Of a DNA stretch of 64,000 nt, positions 16,430 through 28,638 are shown in pieces; position 1 is the first letter of the stretch, and each line of letters opens with the position of its first letter. This DNA is from Bacteroidales bacterium (GTDB lineage: Bacteria; Bacteroidota; Bacteroidia; Bacteroidales; FEN-979): contig OY820914.1 of NCBI GenBank assembly GCA_963682005.1, positions 4,505,706 to 4,569,705 of the forward strand, read 5' to 3'. Made by a program: the position numbers and the translations under genes. Below the pieces are notes generated by a model that had not been told where the DNA came from, did not search any database, and saw only the letters and a list, made by a program, of their open reading frames with translations.

Positions 16430-18901
16430 ATGAAGAACTTTTCTTTCAAAGCAGCAATTCCACATGTAACTGCCATCTTCCTCTTCCTGGTTGTTACCCT
16501 TGTATATTTCAGCCCCCTGCTCGAAGGGAAAAGGATCCTTCAGATGGATATCGTCCATTACCAGGGTGTGTCCAAAGAAATAATGGATTACCGTGCAAAA
16601 TATCATGAGGAGCCTCTATGGACAAACTCTATGTTCGGCGGGATGCCTGCCTACCAGGTATCGACAAATTACCCGGCCAACCTGGTGGGATATTTTGATA
16701 AGGTATTCACCCTCGGATTACCACATCCTGCAAGCCTTGTCTTTCTCTATTTCATTGGATTCTACATCCTCTTGCTGGTTCTGGGTGTTAATCCCTGGCT
16801 TTCCATAGCAGGGGCGCTTGGCTTCGGGTTCTCCTCCTACTTTTTCGTCATCATCGAAGCCGGCCACAATTCGAAAGCCCACGCAATCGGTTATATGGCA
16901 CCGGTGCTGGCGGGAATAATCCTGGTGTTCCGTAAAAAATACATTCTCGGAGGTATCCTCACAGCCCTCTTCTTTTCCCTGGAACTAAAAATGAATCACC
17001 CTCAGATTACCTATTATCTTGGGATGACGGCATTGATCCTGGGACTTTTTCAACTCTATGATTCCATAAGAAACAAATCCATAATACCCTATTTTACCTC
17101 AGTCGGAGTTCTTGTTATCGCCCTCACTTTTGCAGTTCTGAGCAACATTACCAGCTTATGGGCCACCTATGAATATGGGAAATACACCATCAGGGGGAAA
17201 TCTGAACTATCCACCGAGAAAGAGAACCGGACCTCCGGTCTAGATAAGAAATATGCCACAGACTGGAGTTATGGCATCGGGGAAACCATGACCTTTTTAA
17301 TCCCGAATTTCTATGGAGGGTCATCCAATGAGAAGCTCAGCGAGAAATCTGCCACTGTGAAACTCCTCAAATCGAATAATGTGCCGGAAGAGAATATCAG
17401 CCAGCTGACGTCACAGACTGTTCCATTCATGTACTGGGGGAAACAGCCCTTCACCTCCGGACCTGTTTATATCGGGGCGATCCTTTTCTTCCTGTTTATC
17501 CTCGGACTCATCATCGTGAAAGGACCACTGAAATGGTGGCTACTGGCTGCAACAGTCCTGTCCATCGTCCTGGCCTGGGGACGAAATTTCATGCCTGTTA
17601 CCGACTTCTTTCTCACCTATGTTCCGGGTTACAATAAATTCCGTGCAGTCTCCATGACACTGGTAATTGCAGAACTGACCATGCCGATCCTGGGGATCCT
17701 CGCACTCAGAGAATTGTTCAAACCGGATGTTGACCGGAAAAAGTTATTCAGATCATTGCAGATCGCATTCTATATTTCCGCCGGTTTGTGCCTGATTTTC
17801 GCCCTGATCCCGGGAATGTTCCTGGATTTTGTAGGTAAGAACGATGCTTCGCTTGGTCTGCCCGACTGGGTGATGCCCGGCATCCTTGAAGACAGGAAAA
17901 GCATGCTCCAGGCCGATACATTCCGCTCCTTCGCATTTATTACACTTGCAGCATTAACCCTTTGGGCAGCACTTTACAGTAAACTGAAAATACAATATGT
18001 CTACATTATATTGATTACCCTGATCCTCATCGATATGTTTTCATTCAACAAGAGGTACCTTGGCAATGACAGCTTTAAATCACAAACCAAAGTATCGAAT
18101 CCGTTTGAACCTACCCAGGCTGATGAACAGATCATGCAGGATAAAACCGATCCTGATTTCAGGGTCCTGAACCTGACCAGCAATACGTTCAACGATGCCA
18201 CCACTTCATATTTCCACAAATCGATTGGTGGATATCATGGGGCAAAACTGCGCCGATACCAGGAACTGATCGAAGGAGGGATTCACAAGGATATCAAGGA
18301 ATTCTCAACCACAATGAACACGATGAATACCCCTGTTCTGAACATGTTGAACACGAAGTATATCATCGTGCCGGATAATAACCGCAACCCGGTTCCTTTC
18401 CCAAATCACTATGCTCTTGGAAATGCATGGTTTGTCAGTGAATTTAAAATGGTGAACAATCCGGATGAAGAAATCAGGGCCCTGGAGAACTTTGATCCGA
18501 AAACAGTGGCTATTGTAGATAAGAGATTCAGCGGAGACCTCAAATCCTACACCCCGGGAAAAGACTCCGCGGACCAGATAAAGCTGGATGAATATCGCCC
18601 CAATTACCTTGCCTACAGCTACAATACAAAAAAGAACGGGCTTGCTGTTTTCTCTGAGATCTATTATCCGAAAGGCTGGGATGCTTATGTTGACGGCAAG
18701 GTGACTCCTGTGTTCCGCGTTAACTATGTGCTCCGGGCCATGGTGCTCCCCGAAGGTTCCCATAAAGTGATCTTCAAATTCGAACCGAAAGTTTATTTCA
18801 TCGGAGAGAAGATCTCCCTGGCCAGTTCCATCATCCTTATCGTTGCATTCTTCCTTTTCGGGTTCATGGAGATCCGGAAGGCGATGACCGCAAAGGAATG
18901 A
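16430..18901 (+). CDS. YfhO-family polytopic membrane protein (GT-C-like)
   Basis: 823 aa with many TM helices. The N-terminus YFSPLLEGKRILQMDIVHYQGVSKEIMDYRAKYHEEPLWTNSMFGGMPAYQVS is typical of Bacteroidota YfhO proteins. Confidence 0.7.
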   Translation: MKNFSFKAAIPHVTAIFLFLVVTLVYFSPLLEGKRILQMDIVHYQGVSKEIMDYRAKYHEEPLWTNSMFGGMPAYQVSTNYPANLVGYFDKVFTLGLPHPASLVFLYFIGFYILLLVLGVNPWLSIAGALGFGFSSYFFVIIEAGHNSKAHAIGYMAPVLAGIILVFRKKYILGGILTALFFSLELKMNHPQITYYLGMTALILGLFQLYDSIRNKSIIPYFTSVGVLVIALTFAVLSNITSLWATYEYGKYTIRGKSELSTEKENRTSGLDKKYATDWSYGIGETMTFLIPNFYGGSSNEKLSEKSATVKLLKSNNVPEENISQLTSQTVPFMYWGKQPFTSGPVYIGAILFFLFILGLIIVKGPLKWWLLAATVLSIVLAWGRNFMPVTDFFLTYVPGYNKFRAVSMTLVIAELTMPILGILALRELFKPDVDRKKLFRSLQIAFYISAGLCLIFALIPGMFLDFVGKNDASLGLPDWVMPGILEDRKSMLQADTFRSFAFITLAALTLWAALYSKLKIQYVYIILITLILIDMFSFNKRYLGNDSFKSQTKVSNPFEPTQADEQIMQDKTDPDFRVLNLTSNTFNDATTSYFHKSIGGYHGAKLRRYQELIEGGIHKDIKEFSTTMNTMNTPVLNMLNTKYIIVPDNNRNPVPFPNHYALGNAWFVSEFKMVNNPDEEIRALENFDPKTVAIVDKRFSGDLKSYTPGKDSADQIKLDEYRPNYLAYSYNTKKNGLAVFSEIYYPKGWDAYVDGKVTPVFRVNYVLRAMVLPEGSHKVIFKFEPKVYFIGEKISLASSIILIVAFFLFGFMEIRKAMTAKE

Positions 18902-20199
18902 AAAAAGCATTGATCATCACCTATTACTGGCCTCCCAGCGGGGGTGCCGGGGTACAGCGATGGCTCAAGTTTGTTAAATACCTTCGTTTATTCGGATGGG
19001 AGCCGGTTGTTTATACACCCCGGAATCCCGAATATCCCGAGACCGATCAAACCCTTCTGTCCGATGTTCCGCCCGGTATTACTATTCTCAGAACCCCGAT
19101 CCTTGAGCCATACTCAGCCTATAAACGGTTCATCGGAAGAAATAAGGATGAAAAGATCAGCGCCGGTTTCCTTACTGAGAAAAAAAAGAATTCCGTTCTT
19201 GAAAATATTTCAGTCTGGATCAGGGGAAACCTGTTCATCCCTGATGCAAGAAGGTTCTGGATCAATCCTTCCGTCAGATTTCTTGTTAAACAGCTTCAGG
19301 ATGATCCAGTCGACATCATCATTTCGACAGGACCTCCTCATAGCATGCACCTGATTGGCATGAATGTCAGCAGAAAGTTGAACATTCCATGGATTGCTGA
19401 TTTCCGTGACCCATGGACCAACATTGATTTTTATCGTGACCTGAAACTCACAAGACGTGCGGATATCAAACACAGAAGACTCGAAAAAATGGTTTTGAAG
19501 GAAGCTACTGCTGTGATCACGATAAGCCGGTCCATGGCTGAAGATTTCAACAGGATCCATCATCGGGATTATGAAGTCATCACCAATGGATATGATCCGG
19601 AAGATGTAACTGAGCCGGGAGAGATTGTACGGGATGAGAAGTTTTCAATCGCACACATCGGGACCATGGTCAGTACCAGGAATCCGTTTGTTTTCTGGAA
19701 AGCGGTCAGATCGATTCTCAATGACAACCCGCAATTCGGGGATGATCTTGTGATCAGGCTTATCGGAAAGGTAGATTTCAAGGTCCTCGAATCGATTGAA
19801 GAATACGGACTTACTCCTTATGTTGAACTTGTAAATTACCTTCCCCACCCTGAGGTTGTGAAGATCCAGCAATGCTCACGGGTTCTGCTCCTCATTATCA
19901 ATGATACCCCGAATTCTAAGATGATACTGACAGGCAAGTTCTTTGAATACCTTGCAGCGCGCCGCCCGATCCTTTGTATCGGGCCAGTGGACGGAGACGC
20001 TGCCGGAATCCTGGCTGAAACAGGGGCGGGCCTCATCTCAGGCTTCAGCGACGAAGAGAGCATGAAAGTTCACATCCTTCAATATTATAACAGTTATAAA
20101 AAGGGAGAACTTCAACCTGCGAACCGGAACATTGACATGTACTCAAGGAAAGAACTTACCGGGAAACTAGCCACCCTCCTGGACAAATATAAAAGTTAA
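18898..20199 (+). CDS. Glycosyltransferase (GT4/GT1-like, GT-B fold)
   Basis: MKKALIITYYWPPSGGAGVQRWLKFVKYL is the N-terminus typical of this family. An ATGA overlap with the YfhO stop suggests translational coupling. Confidence 0.65.
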   Translation: MKKALIITYYWPPSGGAGVQRWLKFVKYLRLFGWEPVVYTPRNPEYPETDQTLLSDVPPGITILRTPILEPYSAYKRFIGRNKDEKISAGFLTEKKKNSVLENISVWIRGNLFIPDARRFWINPSVRFLVKQLQDDPVDIIISTGPPHSMHLIGMNVSRKLNIPWIADFRDPWTNIDFYRDLKLTRRADIKHRRLEKMVLKEATAVITISRSMAEDFNRIHHRDYEVITNGYDPEDVTEPGEIVRDEKFSIAHIGTMVSTRNPFVFWKAVRSILNDNPQFGDDLVIRLIGKVDFKVLESIEEYGLTPYVELVNYLPHPEVVKIQQCSRVLLLIINDTPNSKMILTGKFFEYLAARRPILCIGPVDGDAAGILAETGAGLISGFSDEESMKVHILQYYNSYKKGELQPANRNIDMYSRKELTGKLATLLDKYKS

Positions 20200-21569
20200 A
20201 TTTCTTTGATCTCAGGAGCATCTTCTGGAATTGACTTCACCACCACTTTGGTTTTCCATCGCCCGAACCTGTAATAGATATACGAAAGCAGCAACCCCAT
20301 CATCCACCCGGTCGGGATGGCCCACCAGATCCCGTTTACACCCATCATCCCGGTTTTTGATAAATAATAAGCCAGCGGGATCCTGATCAACCAGAGAGAA
20401 AACAAGGTGATGAACATTGGGATCAGGGTATCACCGGCCCCGCGCATTACACTTCCTGTAACAAACATCATGGAAAAGAAAATATAGAATGATCCTACGA
20501 TCTTGAGGTAATCATGACCAATTTCTATGACCCTGGGATCATTGGTGAACAGCTGCATCAGGAACCCGCCAAAAAGCACTACCAGTGCAGAAAGAGTGAC
20601 TGAAATGATGCTTGTAATGACCAGGGTGGCATGGAACCCGGTTTTTACCCGGTGGGGCTTGTTTGCTCCAAGGTTTTGTCCGACAAATGTTGATAGCGCA
20701 ATAGCAAAGCTCATGGCCGGCATCATGGCAAAGGTATCGATCCGGCCTGCCGCACTGTATGCCGCATTGGCATCAATGCCAAACTGGTTCACGATCCAGT
20801 AGAGGGCTACCATGCCGATGGCAAGAAAAGTTTGCTGGAATCCTGTTGGCAATCCAATCCGGATGCTTTTTAAAAAGATCTCCCGGTCGAACTTCAATTC
20901 CTTCAGTGAGAACCTCACAATTTTATGTGTCCGGTTCAGGTACCAGATCTGCACCAGGAAGGCTCCCCCTTCCGAAATCACCGTTGCTGTTGCCACCCCG
21001 GCAACACCCCAATGGAAGACCGGGACGAAGATCAGGTCGAGAATGATATTCAGGCCCACCGACCCGATCAGAAAATATAGTGGCGTTTTGGAATCGCCCA
21101 GACCGCGCAGGATGGCACTGGTTCCATTGTATCCGAAAAGGAAGATCAGACCGGCGAAAAAAATGTTCAGGAATATCTTGGCCTGAGGGATGATCGCTTC
21201 AGGAAGGTCGATCATCCGGAAGAGGAGTTCCGAAAGCATGATCCCTGCAAATGTCATGGCGATCGAGGTGTAAAACATGAAGATGTACAATGTATTTATC
21301 GCTTTCTTCACACTTCGCAGATCCTTTGCGCCGAAATACTGAGAAATGACAATCGTGAATCCCATTGTTATACCCATGACAAATGCCACCAGGAGAAAGA
21401 TGATCGGGGAAGATGTTCCAACCGCTGCCAGTGCTTCCTTTCCAATGAATTTCCCTACAATTACGCTGTCGACAACATTGTATAGCTGCTGAAATACATT
21501 TCCGAGAAGGATAGGTATCGCAAACCGCGTGATCAGCCTGCTCTCTTTCCCTATGCTCAGATCTTTCAT
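20196..21569 (-). CDS. MATE family efflux transporter
   Basis: RFAIPILLGNVFQQLYNVVDSVIVGKFIGKEALAAVG. 457 aa, about 12 TM helices. Confidence 0.85.
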   Translation of the reverse strand: MKDLSIGKESRLITRFAIPILLGNVFQQLYNVVDSVIVGKFIGKEALAAVGTSSPIIFLLVAFVMGITMGFTIVISQYFGAKDLRSVKKAINTLYIFMFYTSIAMTFAGIMLSELLFRMIDLPEAIIPQAKIFLNIFFAGLIFLFGYNGTSAILRGLGDSKTPLYFLIGSVGLNIILDLIFVPVFHWGVAGVATATVISEGGAFLVQIWYLNRTHKIVRFSLKELKFDREIFLKSIRIGLPTGFQQTFLAIGMVALYWIVNQFGIDANAAYSAAGRIDTFAMMPAMSFAIALSTFVGQNLGANKPHRVKTGFHATLVITSIISVTLSALVVLFGGFLMQLFTNDPRVIEIGHDYLKIVGSFYIFFSMMFVTGSVMRGAGDTLIPMFITLFSLWLIRIPLAYYLSKTGMMGVNGIWWAIPTGWMMGLLLSYIYYRFGRWKTKVVVKSIPEDAPEIKEI

Positions 21570-21624
21570 AACTCTAGATAAATGAGGGCTGCAAAGGTAC
21601 TCAGATTATCGGTTGAAAATGTCG

Positions 21625-21632
21625 TACCTTTG
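21625..21632 (+). promoter_or_regulatory. -7 promoter box for rnpB
   Basis: TACCTTTG ends 5 nt before the first P1 nucleotide of the RNase P RNA. Confidence 0.5.
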
Positions 21633-21636
21633 CTGT

Positions 21637-22035
21637 AACAACAGTTCGGTCTATCGTTCCGGTCATTTGACCGGGAAGGAAAGTCGGGACAACTCAGAGC
21701 ACCATACTTCCTAACAGGAAGGCTTCCGGGATATAAAGGCCCGGGAGACAGACAGGGCCACAGAAAATTACCGCCCCCGAATACCGGGGTAAGGGTGAAA
21801 ACGCGAGGTAAGAGCTCACGATCCGTTCAGGCGACTGAACGGAGGGGTAAACCTTATGGGTTGAAAGACCATGTATATCCCGGGCCATTCCTTTCTCAGG
21901 AAAGGATGAAAAAGGCTGCTCGCCTGAATTCCGGAAACGGAATACCGGGAGGGGTAGGTCGATGAAGCCGGCAGGTGACTTCCGGCTCAGATAAATGATA
22001 GACTAAAACAGAATCCCGCTTACGGAACTGTTGTT
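21637..22035 (+). ncRNA. rnpB: RNase P RNA, bacterial type A
   Basis: P1 pairing of AACAACAGTTC (21637-21647) with GAACTGTTGTT (22025-22035). Conserved blocks present: GGAAGGAAAGTCGGGAC (P4 5' strand), GGGTGAAA, GGTAAGAGCTCAC, CAGATAAATGAT and ACAGAATCCCGCTTA (P4 3' strand). Confidence 0.9.
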
Positions 22036-22050
22036 ATTTTTCAGCTTCAA

Positions 22051-22124
22051 GCTGCAGGCTACAGGCTACAGGTTAATGATTAAAATTCGTAATCAGACCT
22101 CCGGCCTCCGACCTCCGACCTCGG
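22051..22124. repeat. Composite array of heptanucleotide repeats: (GCTRCAG)x3, one ATTCGTAAT copy, (RCCTCCG)x3 plus ACCTCGG
   Basis: gctgcag gctacag gctacag at 22051-22071, aattcgtaatc at 22084-22094, and acctccg gcctccg acctccg acctcgg at 22097-22124. Confidence 0.9.
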
Positions 22125-22283
22125 TTAACGAAATGAAATAAGCCCTAAATAAACATAATTCATTCATAACAATCATCATAATTTGGAACCTTTAAAAAGA
22201 CGATCCCGTTTTTAACCGTCAATTGTTAATAAAATAGTTGATTTTCCTGATATTTTATTAAAAAACGATTCAATATTTTTTCG

Positions 22284-22291
22284 TAAATTTG
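22284..22291 (+). promoter_or_regulatory. -7 promoter box for gyrB
   Basis: TAAATTTG, 32 nt upstream of ATG 22323. Confidence 0.4.
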
Positions 22292-22292
22292 A

Positions 22293-24284
<1,992 letters not shown>

Positions 24285-24311
24285 CATATAACCATTCTAT
24301 AAGCCTGCGTA

Positions 24312-25667
24312 ATGAATCAGAAAAAATACATCTACATAATTTCCGGGATCGTGATCCTGGTCATTATTGCGCTTTTCCTGACAAAATCAGGCAAACAGAA
24401 GCAGGTTCTGGTCAGGGTGAAAAAAGGCACTTTCCCGATTGAAGTCACCACAACAGGTGAACTTATCGCTAAAAGTTCTGAAAAGATATACGGACCAGCT
24501 TCATTGAGACAAGTTCAGATCTGGCAGGTCAAAATACAGGATATTATCCCTGACGGAACGGTTGTGGATTCCGGGCAATATGTTGCAACCCTTGACAGGA
24601 CTGAGATCTCCAATAAGATCAAAGATGAGGAAACCAATCTTGAAAAGTTTGAAACCCAGCTTACCAAAACAAAACTTGATACTTCCCTCCAGTTACGGCA
24701 GATCAGGGATGATCTGGTCAACCTGAAATATTCCCTGGAAGAGAAACACCTGATGCTTGAACAGTCGAAATATGAACCACCGGCAACAATACGCCAGGTT
24801 GAGATTGACCTTGAAAAAACACAACGAACACTTGAACAGACTGAAAAAAACTATAAACTTAACTACGAAAAAGCATTGGCGAATATGCAGGAAGTCAACG
24901 CCTCCTATTCCCAGGCAAAGCGAAAGCTGAATGATCTTCAGAATGTACTAAAACAATTCACCATTACCGCTCCGAAACGGGGAATGCTCATATACAAACG
25001 CAATTGGGACGGTTCAAAACTGGGGATTGGCGGCACGTTGAACATCTGGGAAAACGTGGTGGCTGAACTCCCCGATCTGTCTTCCATGATTTCAAAAACA
25101 TACGTAAACGAGATTGATATAAGCAAGGTCAAGGTGGGACAATCCGTTAACATTGGTATCGATGCTTTTCCGGAAAAGAAATTTACAGGGAAAGTAACAG
25201 AAGTTGCTAACATTGGCGAACAACAGCAGAACTCAAATGCAAAAGTGTTCGAGGTGAAGATCATTGTGAAAGAGTTCGACTCAATACTACGTCCAGCCAT
25301 GACAACCAAGAACACCATCATAACGGCTGAAATTAAAAATGTTTGCTTTGTCCCCATCGAATCGATTTTTAGCAATGACAGCATCAGTTATGTATATAAA
25401 AAGAAAGGCGGATCACTTGAAAAACTGCAGGTGATTGTTGGACAGAGCAATGAAAACGAGATCATCGTCAAAGAAGGGCTTAAGCCTGATGATGAAGTTT
25501 CCCTTGTTCCTCCTGAAGATGAGGAAAAATTAAAATTGGTTCCATTATCCAAAGAAATCCTGGCCAAATACAAAACAAAACCTGAAGAAAAGCCTGTTAA
25601 ACAGGCTGATGTTAAAGGAGTACCGGATGAAATCCCCGGCCAGCTTAAGTCGATGATTAAGAAATAA
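24312..25667 (+). CDS. Efflux periplasmic adaptor (HlyD/MacA-type membrane fusion protein)
   Basis: An N-terminal TM anchor, a long coiled-coil segment, then a beta-barrel region (ITAPKRGML..., VKVGQSVNIGIDAFPEKKFTGKVTEV). Confidence 0.75.
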   Translation: MNQKKYIYIISGIVILVIIALFLTKSGKQKQVLVRVKKGTFPIEVTTTGELIAKSSEKIYGPASLRQVQIWQVKIQDIIPDGTVVDSGQYVATLDRTEISNKIKDEETNLEKFETQLTKTKLDTSLQLRQIRDDLVNLKYSLEEKHLMLEQSKYEPPATIRQVEIDLEKTQRTLEQTEKNYKLNYEKALANMQEVNASYSQAKRKLNDLQNVLKQFTITAPKRGMLIYKRNWDGSKLGIGGTLNIWENVVAELPDLSSMISKTYVNEIDISKVKVGQSVNIGIDAFPEKKFTGKVTEVANIGEQQQNSNAKVFEVKIIVKEFDSILRPAMTTKNTIITAEIKNVCFVPIESIFSNDSISYVYKKKGGSLEKLQVIVGQSNENEIIVKEGLKPDDEVSLVPPEDEEKLKLVPLSKEILAKYKTKPEEKPVKQADVKGVPDEIPGQLKSMIKK

Positions 25668-25677
25668 CCCAGCCCCT

Positions 25678-27045
25678 TTGTTCGAACGCTATAAATATAT
25701 TCTGAATATTGCGCTGGAAGCGGTCTTCCTGAATAAATTCAGGTCGATGCTCACAGCACTGGGCATCATTTTCGGAGTTGCAGCAGTAATCGCAATGATG
25801 GCTATTGGAAATGGCGCGAAGAAGGAGATCCTCGATCAGATGAAGCTCGTAGGAGTCAACAACATCATCATTACCCCCAAGGCAGAAAAATCAAAAGGAC
25901 AGGAAAACAAGGATAATTCTTCCTCACAGTCTGGCGACCAGAAACAGAAAACGGAAGGGAAATATTCTCCTGGACTTACCATGAAAGATGCGGAAAGTAT
26001 AAAAGAGTTTCTTCCTTCTGTCGAAAAAGTCAGCCCGGAGGTCATTTACGAAACCGACGTTATCAAAGATGGAAAAAGGTCGACGACCAAGCTGACCGGT
26101 GTCACACCTGCATTCTTCAGCGTTTTTAACCTCGAAGTTTCCCAGGGAAACATGTTCAATGAAGAACAGTTGCGGGAAGGTAAAGCAGTTTGCATTATCG
26201 GACCGGCCGTAAAATCAAGGTTCTTTCCAAAGGAAAATGCGATCGGAAAAGAGATCAAATGCGGATTTATCTGGCTTAATGTGATCGGTGTCCTTCGCTC
26301 CCGCGAGGTAAGCCAGTCAACAGTCGATCTTGGTATATCCGATTACAACAATACCATTTATGCACCGATACAGACATTGCTTCGGCGTTTCAAAGACAGG
26401 TCATTTGTTTCTACCAACAATGATTCCAGGGGTACTGTTGACATGGGCGATATGGTGGTATCATACAGCAGCGAGTCTGATGCTGCAAAATCAAAGAACC
26501 AGGTTGATAAAATTGTGGTGCAGGTCAGGGAAAGCGAGCAGATTGGACCGGCAACGGAAATTCTCAAACGGATGATGCAACGCAGGCATGCAGGTGTTGA
26601 GGACTTTGAGATCAAGGTACCGGAGTTGCTGCTCAAGCAGGAACAACGGACAAAAGACATCTTTAACATTGTTCTTGGAGCAATTGCCAGCATCTCCCTG
26701 ATCGTAGGCGGGATCGGCATCATGAACATCATGCTGGCATCGGTGATGGAGCGAATAAAAGAGATCGGGATCAGGCAAGCCATCGGGGCAAGGAAAAAAG
26801 ATATCATCTTCCAGTTCCTTTCAGAAGCTACGATCCTGAGCATCACAGGCGGACTGATCGGCATCATCCTCGGGGTCATCATTTCGAAACTGATCACCCA
26901 GCTTACCGGTATCCTGACTATCGTTTCACCGATCTCCATCGTAATTTCGTTTGGCGTTTCAGCTACGGTTGGTATCCTTTTTGGCTATATGCCTGCAAAA
27001 AGGGCTGCAATGCAGGATCCGGTTGCTTCCCTGAGGTATGAATAA
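25678..27045 (+). CDS. MacB/FtsX-type ABC transporter permease (no ATPase domain)
   Basis: FRSMLTALGIIFGVAAVIAMMAIGNGA at the N-terminus, a periplasmic MacB-like domain, and a C-terminal FtsX 4-helix unit (IGIRQAIGARKKDIIFQFLSEA...PAKRAAMQDPVASLRYE). TTG start. Confidence 0.8.
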   Translation: MFERYKYILNIALEAVFLNKFRSMLTALGIIFGVAAVIAMMAIGNGAKKEILDQMKLVGVNNIIITPKAEKSKGQENKDNSSSQSGDQKQKTEGKYSPGLTMKDAESIKEFLPSVEKVSPEVIYETDVIKDGKRSTTKLTGVTPAFFSVFNLEVSQGNMFNEEQLREGKAVCIIGPAVKSRFFPKENAIGKEIKCGFIWLNVIGVLRSREVSQSTVDLGISDYNNTIYAPIQTLLRRFKDRSFVSTNNDSRGTVDMGDMVVSYSSESDAAKSKNQVDKIVVQVRESEQIGPATEILKRMMQRRHAGVEDFEIKVPELLLKQEQRTKDIFNIVLGAIASISLIVGGIGIMNIMLASVMERIKEIGIRQAIGARKKDIIFQFLSEATILSITGGLIGIILGVIISKLITQLTGILTIVSPISIVISFGVSATVGILFGYMPAKRAAMQDPVASLRYE

Positions 27046-27063
27046 TCCATAAAACCTTTATCT

Positions 27064-28563
27064 ATGAATTGGTTTACACTCCGCTTCCTCATTCTAATCA
27101 CACTCATCCTTTCTTTTGATACTTTTTTGTATTCCCAGTCTGTCATCTCCACACTCACTCTCCAGGAAGCCATCCAGATCGCACAAAAGCAATCCCCGGA
27201 TGCCATGATTGCAAAACAGCAGTTCAAGGAGAGTTTCTGGGATTACCGTGCCTTCAGGAGCCAGTACCTTCCTCAACTGAACCTGAACACCACAGTTCCG
27301 AATATAAGCCGGAACTACACACTGATCTATAACGCGAATGATACAAGCCAGTACTTCGTTCCCCAGGAGACAAACCGTTTTGACGGGACTTTGTCCCTGA
27401 ACCAGGCCATCGGATTTTCAGGTGGAAGTATTTCCCTTATGTCGAACCTGATCCGGCTGGATGATTACCTGCACTCCCCTCCTTCACTGAACTATAACAG
27501 CACACCCATTAATATAGTGTTTGACCAACCATTGTTCAAATATAACTCCTACAAATGGGACCGGAAGATAAAGCCCATGCAGTATGATAAAGCCAAGCGA
27601 AAATACCTTGAGGATGTCGAACAGATTTCAATCAACACGGCTAACTATTTCTTCGACCTCCTTCAGGCTCAGATCAGGAGTAAAATTGCCGGGATCAACC
27701 TTGAAAATAATGATACCCTCTACCAAATCGGGCAAGGCCGTTATAAAATGGGCAAGATCGCAGAAAATGAACTCTATACAATGGAACTGAATACTCTGAA
27801 CGCTCAGGCGGAAGTCGAAAATGCAAAGATATCCCTTGACAATGCATTGTTCAGATTGAAATCTTACCTCCGGCTGAAGGACGACACCATACCAATCCGT
27901 CTGATTCCCCCTGTCATCACAGAGTTTTTCAGGGTTGACCCCTTAAAAGCCGTTGAGTTGGCTAACATCAACTCCTCGAAAGTCCTTGATTTTTCAACAC
28001 AGCTTCTGGAGGCAGACCGTGAAGTCAATCAAACAAAAATGGACGGGCGATTTGATGCAAATATTCATGCAGAATATGGTCTGACCCAGGAGGCAAACAG
28101 CCTTTACGATGTATACCATAATCCAAAGGATAATGAAATATTGCGGTTATCCCTGAATATTCCGATTATGGACTGGGGTTATGCGCGAAGTTTCATAAAA
28201 AAAGCAGAATCGAAGCGTGAAGTGGTCAGGTACCAGGTGGAGCAGGACAGGATCGATTTCCAACGATCCATATACCTATTCGTGGCACAATTCAATATCC
28301 AGAAGAAACAGCTTTTCATCGCTGCAAAGGCTGATACTGTTGCGGAAAAAACCTATGCCGTGACAAAAGGCCGGTATCTCATCGGAAAAAATGTTGCCAT
28401 CAATGATCTTAATATTGCACAAATAGCTATGGACAATGCGAAGGTTTCCTTTTATGATGCATTGAAGACATACTGGGTTACCTATTTCCAGATCCGTAAA
28501 CAGACCCTTTTCGATTTTCAATACAATGAGACGTTGAAATTCAATTTTGATTTCCTGAAGTAA
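27064..28563 (+). CDS. TolC-family outer-membrane efflux protein
   Basis: Signal peptide, LTLQEAIQIAQKQSPD, and two repeated coiled-coil/barrel halves. Length 499 aa. Confidence 0.8.
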   Translation: MNWFTLRFLILITLILSFDTFLYSQSVISTLTLQEAIQIAQKQSPDAMIAKQQFKESFWDYRAFRSQYLPQLNLNTTVPNISRNYTLIYNANDTSQYFVPQETNRFDGTLSLNQAIGFSGGSISLMSNLIRLDDYLHSPPSLNYNSTPINIVFDQPLFKYNSYKWDRKIKPMQYDKAKRKYLEDVEQISINTANYFFDLLQAQIRSKIAGINLENNDTLYQIGQGRYKMGKIAENELYTMELNTLNAQAEVENAKISLDNALFRLKSYLRLKDDTIPIRLIPPVITEFFRVDPLKAVELANINSSKVLDFSTQLLEADREVNQTKMDGRFDANIHAEYGLTQEANSLYDVYHNPKDNEILRLSLNIPIMDWGYARSFIKKAESKREVVRYQVEQDRIDFQRSIYLFVAQFNIQKKQLFIAAKADTVAEKTYAVTKGRYLIGKNVAINDLNIAQIAMDNAKVSFYDALKTYWVTYFQIRKQTLFDFQYNETLKFNFDFLK

Positions 28564-28601
28564 GTTTCTTTTTTATTAATAACCTTTCTAAATAATATTC
28601 A

Positions 28602-28609
28602 TACCTTTG
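28602..28609 (+). promoter_or_regulatory. -7 promoter box for the peroxiredoxin gene
   Basis: TACCTTTG, 30 nt upstream of ATG 28639. Confidence 0.45.
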
Positions 28610-28638
28610 CAACGAATATTAACTAAAAAATTATACAT

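Noticed and set aside
21694-21888. A 64-aa minus-strand ORF.
   Set aside because: It falls wholly within the RNase P RNA gene, whose conserved P4 and other blocks and P1 pairing are unambiguous.
16154-22035. rpmH without an adjacent rnpA, and rnpB only about 5 kb away, as a possible unusual RNase P arrangement.
   Set aside because: The proximity of rpmH and rnpB is probably coincidental. Loss of rpmH-rnpA linkage is not unusual outside Proteobacteria and Firmicutes, and nothing in the sequence links the two genes functionally.
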